Positions 57,242-64,000 of a stretch of DNA of 64,000 nucleotides are shown here, piece after piece (the first letter of the stretch is position 1; each line of letters begins with the position of its first letter). The DNA is from Alphaproteobacteria bacterium (lineage in GTDB: Bacteria; Pseudomonadota; Alphaproteobacteria; MPNO01), in NCBI GenBank assembly GCA_965205995.1, contig OZ242200.1, positions 2,073,071 through 2,137,070 on the forward strand, read 5' to 3'. Below the pieces are notes generated by a model. The model ran no database searches, was not told the origin of the DNA, and saw only the letters and a list, made by a program, of their open reading frames with translations. The translations under genes were made by a program, and so were the position numbers.

Positions 57242-58528
57242 TCACGCCGTTCCGTAGCGCGCCCTGTAGGCCGCGAGCGCCGCCTCGAAGCATTCGATGG
57301 GGGCCCGCACGATGCCGGCGCCGATCTGGCCGCCGTCGCGCCCGGCGATGCCGATATCCATCACCGGCAGGATCCCGGTGTCCACCACGCGGTGGATGTC
57401 GATCCCGGTCGGCGTGCCGCGATAGCCGAGATAGGGGATCCGGTAGTCCGGGTTCTCGCCGACCGTGATCGCATAAAGGGCGAGGTTGCGCTCCACCATC
57501 GCGGGGGCGGAACCGCCCTGGTAATTCTGCAAGGGGAACGCGGCGGCCTGGGCGAAACCGCCGAGCCCGACGGTCTCGGCGATGATGCTCTCGCCGCCCA
57601 TCCAGGTTATCTCGTCCTCGCCGTGCCCCTCGAACAGCCTTGCGTCGATCGAGGCGTGCGGGCCGGCGAACCAGGTCTCGCCCAGCCCCGAGACCCGGAT
57701 GGCGAAGTTGTTGCAGTTGAACGCCATCGCGGTGACGACGCTGGAGGCCTCGATCCCGGCGGCGGCATCGGCGGTGCATTTGGCGGCCGCCATTGAGAGC
57801 CTGAGGAAGAAATAATGGTCCTCGGTCAGCGCCGCGACGGTCCGCTCCACCGCGTCCCTCATCGCGGTGTCGAGGCGGAGAAGATGGGGAAACAATTCGC
57901 GGGTGAACAGGAGCGACGCCGCCGTGTTGCGGCTGTGCAGCTCATCGCCCATGTGCAGCGCGCGCCGCATGATCGGCTTGAGCGGGATGCCGCCCGACGC
58001 GCGGACCGCCTCGGCGAGGACCGGAGCTATGGTGTCCTGGACGAACAGCAGCCGCGCCCGGACCCCCTCGTCATAGACGCCGTAGTTCAGCCGCCGGGGG
58101 TCGGTGCCCTCATACATGTTGCAGAAGCCGGTATTCCCCCGCGCCCGGTTCTCCACCGCGAAGACCGGCATCGAGGCGGTGTAGATGCCGGCGAGCGAGC
58201 CCACCGCGCCGTGGTCGTGGCAACCGGCCACGACGATCTCGCCGCGTTCGAGCTTGCGGACCGCATCTTCCCGGTCGGTGGCCAGCCCTTCGAACAGGGC
58301 GCCGCCGATCACGGCATCCCGCTGGCCGCCGACATAGCGTTCCCATGGCATCGGCGGACCCGAGGTGAGCACCGTATGCGGGCGCATTCCCGGGAGCGCG
58401 TCGACCGCCGGGCGGATGTCGACGAGCACCGGTTCGGCCTCGCCGAGGCGCGCGAAGGCCAGCTCGTTCGCATCGGTCCTGTTCATACTCCCCACCCGTT
58501 CATCCGGCCCGCCCGCGGTTGCCATCAA
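57242..58528 (-). CDS. DUF1116 (YlbE-like) protein
   Basis: Collinear with E. coli YlbE (SGPPMPW, CHDHGAVGSLAGIYTASMPVFAVEN, IGAGIVRAPIECFEAAL). Confidence 0.75.
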   Translation of the reverse strand: MMATAGGPDERVGSMNRTDANELAFARLGEAEPVLVDIRPAVDALPGMRPHTVLTSGPPMPWERYVGGQRDAVIGGALFEGLATDREDAVRKLERGEIVVAGCHDHGAVGSLAGIYTASMPVFAVENRARGNTGFCNMYEGTDPRRLNYGVYDEGVRARLLFVQDTIAPVLAEAVRASGGIPLKPIMRRALHMGDELHSRNTAASLLFTRELFPHLLRLDTAMRDAVERTVAALTEDHYFFLRLSMAAAKCTADAAAGIEASSVVTAMAFNCNNFAIRVSGLGETWFAGPHASIDARLFEGHGEDEITWMGGESIIAETVGLGGFAQAAAFPLQNYQGGSAPAMVERNLALYAITVGENPDYRIPYLGYRGTPTGIDIHRVVDTGILPVMDIGIAGRDGGQIGAGIVRAPIECFEAALAAYRARYGTA

Positions 58529-58605
58529 AATGGACTGGGACTAGTCTCCGTCGCAAGTGTCGGGACCGGCCCGGCTGGCAAGAACAACCTATTGGAGCGG
58601 ACGTC

Positions 58606-59676
58606 ATGGCTGCGGACACCACCAACCTGCCTTTCGTGCGAAACGCCTGGTATATCGGCGCGTGGTCGGAGGAGCTCGACGACGGGATCCTCGGACGCAC
58701 CATCATGAACCAGCCTCTGGTGTTTTTCCGCGGTGCGGACGGCAAAATCGGCGCGCTCGAGGACCGCTGCTGCCATCGCGGCGCGCCGCTGACCCACGGC
58801 ACGGTGATCGAGACCGGGATCCGGTGCGGCTATCACGGCCTGGTCTACGACGCGACCGGCGCCTGCGTGACCATCCCGGGCCAGGACAAGATCCCGCCCG
58901 ACGCCCGCGTCGTGAGCTATCCGGTGGTCGAGCGCCACAAGATCGTCTGGATCTGGATGGGCGATCCCGCCCGGGCCGACGCGAGCGACATCGTCGACTA
59001 CCCCTATCACGACCAGCCCGACGAATGGCCGCATCGCAAGGCGATGTTCCAGATCAAGGCCAACTACATGCTGATGATCGACAATTTGATGGATCTGACG
59101 CATCTGGGCTACGTCCACAACCGGACGATCGGCGGCGATCCCAACACCCATGTGGACGCCGACATGCGGACCAGGCCGACCGATACCGGCGCCTATTTCA
59201 TCCGCTGGATGCCGGACTGCGTGCCGCCGCCGACCTATGTGAAGGGCGGGCAGTTCACCGGCCGCGTCGACCGCTGGCAGGAGTTCGAATATGTCGCGCC
59301 GGGCATCGTGCTCCAGTGGTCGGGCGCGCTGGAAGTGGGACGAGGGGCGATGGAGAACCGCCACCAGAAGGGATTCCATCTGCGCCTGCTGCACGGGGCG
59401 ACGCCCGAGACCGAGACCACGTTCCACTATTTCTGGTCGACCTCGAACGGCTACCGCCAGGACGAGCCGCAGGCCACCCAGGACATGTATGACGAGATCT
59501 ACCCGACCTTCATCGAGGACAAGACGATCATGGAGGCGCAGCAGGAGCGCCTCGACCTCGACCCCGACCGCAGCCTGGTGCCGATCCACGCCGACAGCGC
59601 GCTGGCGCTCGCCCGCATCGCGATCGACAGGATGATCGAACAGGAACAGACGACGGTCGCCCAGGCGGCCGAATAG
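58606..59676 (+). CDS. Rieske [2Fe-2S] monooxygenase/demethylase oxygenase component (VanA/PobA/KshA-like)
   Basis: CCHRGAPL...CGYHG Rieske motif; single-subunit type with no beta gene. Start at MAADTTNLPF. Confidence 0.85.
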   Translation: MAADTTNLPFVRNAWYIGAWSEELDDGILGRTIMNQPLVFFRGADGKIGALEDRCCHRGAPLTHGTVIETGIRCGYHGLVYDATGACVTIPGQDKIPPDARVVSYPVVERHKIVWIWMGDPARADASDIVDYPYHDQPDEWPHRKAMFQIKANYMLMIDNLMDLTHLGYVHNRTIGGDPNTHVDADMRTRPTDTGAYFIRWMPDCVPPPTYVKGGQFTGRVDRWQEFEYVAPGIVLQWSGALEVGRGAMENRHQKGFHLRLLHGATPETETTFHYFWSTSNGYRQDEPQATQDMYDEIYPTFIEDKTIMEAQQERLDLDPDRSLVPIHADSALALARIAIDRMIEQEQTTVAQAAE

Positions 59677-59782
59677 CTTTCCGAATCCGGCGCCGCGCGT
59701 TGCGGACGCGGCGCCGGTCCCTTCCCCGCGCCACTATCGACAAGGTGGAATCCGCCGGCGGGTGCGGTTTGGAGACGGTTGA

Positions 59783-61261
59783 ATGAGCGATCCCGAGTTC
59801 GATGTCGTCGTCGTGGGCGCCGGCAACGCGGCGCTGTGCGCGGCGCTGGCGGCGGAGGAGAACGGCGCCAGGGTGCTGGTGCTCGAACGCGCGAACGAGG
59901 ACGAATCGGGGGGCAATTCGCGCTTCACCGCGGGCGCCATGCGGGTGGTCTATGACGGGGTCGACGACCTCAAGGGGCTGATGCCGGACCTCACCAACGA
60001 GGAGATCGCCAACACCGATTTCGGCACCTACACCCAGGACCAGTTCTACGACGACATGGCCCGGGTCACCCAGTACCGCGCCGATCCGGACATGGTCGAG
60101 CTGCTGGTCACGAGGTCGCGCGACACCCTGCTCTGGATGCGCGGAAAGGGCGTGCGCTTCGCGCCGATCTGGGGCCGACAGGCCTTCAAGGTCGACGGAA
60201 AGTTCAAGTTCTGGGGCGGGCTCACGGTCGAGGCCTGGGGCGGCGGTCCCGGGCTGGTCGATTCGCTGCACGAGATCGCCGCCGCGCGGGGCATCGAGAT
60301 CCGTTACGGCCACCGCGCGACCGACCTCATCTTCGACGGGGTGACGGTGAGCGGGGTGAAGGTGAAGAGCAAGGGCCGCATCCAGGAGATCCGGGCGAAA
60401 TCGGTGGTGCTCGCCGCCGGCGGATTCCAGGGTAATTACGAATGGCGCACGCGCTATCTCGGCCCCGGCTGGGAGCTCGCCAAGGTGCGCGGGACAAGGT
60501 TCAATACCGGCGACGGGATCCGCATGGCGCTCGATATCGGCGCGATGTCCTATGGCAACTGGTCGGGCTGCCACGCGGTGGGCTGGGAACGGAACGCGCC
60601 AGAGTTCGGCGACCTTGCGGTCGGCGATCAGTTCCAGAAGCACAGCTACCCCTTCGCCATCATGGTGAACGCGACCGGGCGGCGCTTCGTCGACGAGGGC
60701 GCGGATTTCCGCAACTACACCTACGCCAAATACGGCAGGGTGATCCTGGAGCAGCCGGGGCAGTTCGCCTGGCAGATCTTCGATGCCAAGGTCGCCCATC
60801 TGAAGCGCGACGAATACAACATCCGCCAGATCACCAAGGCGACCGCGAACACGCTGGAAGACCTCGCCCCGCAGCTCGACGGGGTCGACGCCGATGCCTT
60901 CCTCGACGAGGTCAGGACCTATAACGCCGCCGTCAGGGCCGGCATCCCGTTCAACCCCAACGTCAAGGACGGGCGCTGCACCGAAGGGCTCGCGGTTCCC
61001 AAGTCGAACTGGGCCAACACGATCGATGAGCCGCCCTTCGAGGCCTATGCGGTGACCTGCGGCATCACGTTTACCTTCGGGGGCTTGCGCATCGGCACCG
61101 ACGGGCAGGTGCTGGACACCGAATCCGAGCCGATCCCCGGCCTCTACGCGGCGGGCGAGCTGGTCGGCGGCATCTTCTATTTCAACTACCCGGGCGGCAG
61201 CGGGCTGACCTCCGGCTCGGTGTTCGGCCGGATCGCCGGCACCTCGGCCGCGACCGCCTAG
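59783..61261 (+). CDS. FAD-binding dehydrogenase (tricarballylate dehydrogenase TcuA / fumarate-reductase-flavoprotein-like)
   Basis: VVVVGAGNAALCAALAA dinucleotide-binding motif, 492 aa. Confidence 0.8.
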   Translation: MSDPEFDVVVVGAGNAALCAALAAEENGARVLVLERANEDESGGNSRFTAGAMRVVYDGVDDLKGLMPDLTNEEIANTDFGTYTQDQFYDDMARVTQYRADPDMVELLVTRSRDTLLWMRGKGVRFAPIWGRQAFKVDGKFKFWGGLTVEAWGGGPGLVDSLHEIAAARGIEIRYGHRATDLIFDGVTVSGVKVKSKGRIQEIRAKSVVLAAGGFQGNYEWRTRYLGPGWELAKVRGTRFNTGDGIRMALDIGAMSYGNWSGCHAVGWERNAPEFGDLAVGDQFQKHSYPFAIMVNATGRRFVDEGADFRNYTYAKYGRVILEQPGQFAWQIFDAKVAHLKRDEYNIRQITKATANTLEDLAPQLDGVDADAFLDEVRTYNAAVRAGIPFNPNVKDGRCTEGLAVPKSNWANTIDEPPFEAYAVTCGITFTFGGLRIGTDGQVLDTESEPIPGLYAAGELVGGIFYFNYPGGSGLTSGSVFGRIAGTSAATA

Positions 61262-61282
61262 CCCGGCGCGGGGAGAAAAATC

Positions 61283-62356
61283 TTGCCGGTCATCGTCGCC
61301 GAAAACGACCCCATCATCCGCAACATCCAGGTCATCCTCGATCCCGACACGCCGTCGGACAGGCAGGATGCGATCGCCGACTACTTCTCGGTCGATTTGC
61401 CGGATTTCCACGCCTGGCGCGAGGAGCTGCGGGCTCGCGTGCCGTCGGTGTTCCCGGCCGAGTTCCGCATGGCGGACGATTTGGACGCCTTCCGGGCGGC
61501 GCTCCCCGATGCCGCCGGGGCCATCGTCGAGGGCATGGCGTTCGGCGCCGCCGAGCTCGATTGCGCGCCAAATCTCAGGATCGTGCAGAAGTTCGGGGCC
61601 GATCTCCGCAATATCGACGTCGAGGCCTGCGCGGCGTGCGGGGTGCCGGTCAAACCCTTGAGACGGCGCGTCAACGGGGCCGTCGCGGAGCACATCTTCG
61701 CCCTGATGCTGGCGCTCGCGAAGAAGATCTGCGAGATCGGCGGGCGGATCGACACGGCGAGCCTGGAGGCCATCGACTACGCGCCCAGGCTCTATGACAG
61801 CCGCCATTGCGGCCGGTCGAACTGGGGCCGGATCGGCGGTCTCGGGACGCTTGAAGGCGCGACGCTCGGGGCCGTCGGGCTGGGCGAGATCGGGCGCGAG
61901 CTCGCAAGGCGCGCCTCCGCCTTCGGCATGGAGGTTCTCTATTTCCAGCGGCGGCAGCTTCCCGAAGAGGTGGAACGGGTGCATGGCGCGCGCTATTGCG
62001 GCTTCGAGGAGCTGCTGGAGCGTTCGGACTACATCTCGGTCCAGCTCCCCTCGAACCGGGACACCGAAAAGATGATCGACGCGGAAGCGTTCCGGCGGAT
62101 GAAACCGGGCGCGGTGCTCGTCAACGTGTCGCGGGCGGAGATCATCGACCGGGCCGCCCTGATCGAGGCGCTCAAGAGCGGCCATCTCGGCGGCGCCGGG
62201 CTCGACGTGTTCTGGGAGGAACCGGCCGCGCCGAACGATCCCCTCACCCGCTTTCCCAATGTCGTCATCACGCCGCACACCGCGGTCGCGGCCCGCTGGA
62301 ACGGGGCGCGGGACGTCGAGGAAGCGGTGCTCAACTTCGCGGAGGCAATCGGCTGA
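61283..62356 (+). CDS. D-isomer-specific 2-hydroxyacid dehydrogenase family protein
   Basis: GLGEIGRELARRA NAD-binding motif and catalytic RAE/H region (ITPHTA). TTG start assumed. Confidence 0.8.
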   Translation: MPVIVAENDPIIRNIQVILDPDTPSDRQDAIADYFSVDLPDFHAWREELRARVPSVFPAEFRMADDLDAFRAALPDAAGAIVEGMAFGAAELDCAPNLRIVQKFGADLRNIDVEACAACGVPVKPLRRRVNGAVAEHIFALMLALAKKICEIGGRIDTASLEAIDYAPRLYDSRHCGRSNWGRIGGLGTLEGATLGAVGLGEIGRELARRASAFGMEVLYFQRRQLPEEVERVHGARYCGFEELLERSDYISVQLPSNRDTEKMIDAEAFRRMKPGAVLVNVSRAEIIDRAALIEALKSGHLGGAGLDVFWEEPAAPNDPLTRFPNVVITPHTAVAARWNGARDVEEAVLNFAEAIG

Positions 62357-63747
62357 GCCCCGGCGCAACCCGGCGGATCGCGGAATTCGCCGGCGGACTC
62401 GCGTTCGAGGATCTGCCGGAACCGGTCCTGGAACGAGGGCGGGTCCACATCCTCGACTGCCTCGGCCTCGCCATCGCCGGCGCCCGCGCGGACGTCTCCC
62501 GGATCGCGCGCGGCCATGTCGAAGGGCTCGGGCTCGCGGGCGGCGCCGCCACCGTGCTGGGGACGCCGCGGCGAACCGCGCCGCGCTTCGCCGCCCTCCT
62601 CAACGCGGCGGCGATGCATGCCGACAATTTCGACGACACCAACCCGCAGGCACTGGCCGAACGAAACGGCGGCATCCACGCGACCGCGCCGGTGCTCGCC
62701 GCGGCGCTGGCCATTGCCGAGGAACGCTCGGCAAGCGGCCGCGCCCTCGCCACCGCGCTTCACGCCGGGATCGAGATCGCCTGCCGGATCAACCACGCGA
62801 TCGATGCGCGGCATTACCGCGGCGGGTTTCACGCAACCGCAACGCTGTCGACCTTCGGCGCCGCCGCGGCGGCGGCGAAGCTCCACGGTCTGGAGAGCGA
62901 GACGATCGGGCACGCGCTTGCCTTCGCCGCGAGCGCGGCGGGCGGCGTGCGGCAGAATTTCGGCTCGATGGTGGAAATCCTCCATCCCGGCCTTGCGGCG
63001 GAGGCGGGCGTGGTCGCCGCCGACCTGGCCGCGGGCGGCCTGACCGGCGCCGCCGATGCGCTCGGCGGTGACGTGGGGTATTTCGAGGCGGCGGGGGGCG
63101 GCTTCGATGCCGACACGCTCGGGCGGCTCGGCGATCCCTGGGCGATTGTCGACCCGGGGATGTGGATCAAGCCGTTTCCCAACGGCGCGCTGACCCACCC
63201 GGCGATGACCGGTCTGCTCGCGCTGATCGGCGAGCACGGGATCGACGGCGCCGACATCGCCGCGATATCGGTGATGACCAACCGGCGGGTTCTCGAAACC
63301 CTCATCCATCACGACCCGAAGACGGTGACGGAGGCGCGGTTCTCGATGGAGTTCGCGCTCGCCCTGATCGCCGTGGAGGGAAGCGCCGGCCTCGCCGAAT
63401 TCACCGAGGCGACGCTTGGACGCCGCGATATCCGCGCGGCGATGGAACGGGTCGGATTCTCCGCCTATGACCGGCCGGAGGCGGGCTTCACCAACATGAC
63501 CACGATGCTCGACGTCGTGCTCGCCGACGGAACCCATCTCCACCGGCGCTGCGACTGGGCGCAGGGCTCGACGCAATCGCCGATGAGCTTCGCGGACGCG
63601 TGCGGGAAATTCCGCCAATGCACGTCCTTCGCGGGCTTCCCGCGTGCGGCTTCGGAGGCCCTGATCGATATCGTCTCCGACCTCGAATCGGTCAACGACG
63701 CCGGACGGATCGCGGAGATTTGCCAGTGGAGCGGTGAGCGGCAATAG
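62353..63747 (+). CDS. MmgE/PrpD-family protein (2-methylcitrate dehydratase-like); start codon uncertain
   Basis: N-terminus ATRRIAEFAGGLAFEDLPEPVLERGRVHILDCLG typical of PrpD family. The frame opens at the upstream gene's TGA with only CTG available. Confidence 0.8.
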   Translation: MSPGATRRIAEFAGGLAFEDLPEPVLERGRVHILDCLGLAIAGARADVSRIARGHVEGLGLAGGAATVLGTPRRTAPRFAALLNAAAMHADNFDDTNPQALAERNGGIHATAPVLAAALAIAEERSASGRALATALHAGIEIACRINHAIDARHYRGGFHATATLSTFGAAAAAAKLHGLESETIGHALAFAASAAGGVRQNFGSMVEILHPGLAAEAGVVAADLAAGGLTGAADALGGDVGYFEAAGGGFDADTLGRLGDPWAIVDPGMWIKPFPNGALTHPAMTGLLALIGEHGIDGADIAAISVMTNRRVLETLIHHDPKTVTEARFSMEFALALIAVEGSAGLAEFTEATLGRRDIRAAMERVGFSAYDRPEAGFTNMTTMLDVVLADGTHLHRRCDWAQGSTQSPMSFADACGKFRQCTSFAGFPRAASEALIDIVSDLESVNDAGRIAEICQWSGERQ

Positions 63748-63779
63748 TCCTCCATCGGCACCGGCATTGGGGGGAAACG

Positions 63780-64000
63780 ATGCACGACATCCGGCGCGTG
63801 GTCACCGGCCACGACGAAAACGGCAAGGCGGTCGTCGTCATGGACGGCGCCGCGCCCAACGTCCGGACCCGGCCCGTGGGCGATCTGGTCTCGACCCAGC
63901 TCTGGCGGACCTTCGAGACCCCGGCCGACAACTCAGGCGACGCCGATCCCTCGCTGGGCGAGATCAGGACGCCGCCGCCGCCCGGCGGCTCGGTGTTCCG
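63780..64000 (+). CDS. cupin-domain protein, 5' partial (runs off the window)
   Basis: ATG at 63780; VVTGHDENGKAVVV pattern typical of small cupins. Confidence 0.5.
   Translation, partial: MHDIRRVVTGHDENGKAVVVMDGAAPNVRTRPVGDLVSTQLWRTFETPADNSGDADPSLGEIRTPPPPGGSVF

Overview
GC-rich window (roughly two-thirds G+C by eye, not computed) whose gene content looks alphaproteobacterial (Rhizobiales/Sphingomonadales-like). It mixes a few housekeeping genes (rpoD, glnS, selA-selB-selC) with a large accessory catabolic gene set: six amidohydrolases, two amidases, six SDRs, two aryl/acyl-CoA ligases, three Rieske oxygenases (two as alpha/beta pairs), an enoyl-CoA hydratase/acyl-CoA dehydrogenase/MarR block, three TRAP transporter loci and an SbmA/BacA transporter.

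Most notable, all inferred from sequence only:
1. A co-directional amidohydrolase, lone xanthine-dehydrogenase-family molybdopterin subunit and reductive-dehalogenase-like cobalamin/2x[4Fe-4S] protein (24045..29979), with a PduO-type cobalamin adenosyltransferase about 8 kb away.
2. selA-selB-tRNA-Sec sits directly next to a hydantoinase / M20 peptidase / SsnA-like amidohydrolase / DUF1116 set that mirrors the E. coli selenium-associated ygeY-hyuA-ssnA neighbourhood. A roughly 180-bp strongly AT-rich island lies upstream of selA, and the SsnA-like gene's TGA is followed in frame by a Cys-rich ORF.
3. Extensive gene decay: an IS110 transposase fragment, a molybdopterin-oxidoreductase N-terminal stub, a deleted/amber-mutated TRAP locus, and four single-base frameshifts in otherwise intact genes. 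The frameshifts may instead be sequencing errors.
4. A roughly 110-bp palindromic intergenic repeat present in three copies.

No BLAST or HMM search was possible. All family calls rest on recognisable motifs and remembered homolog sequences.
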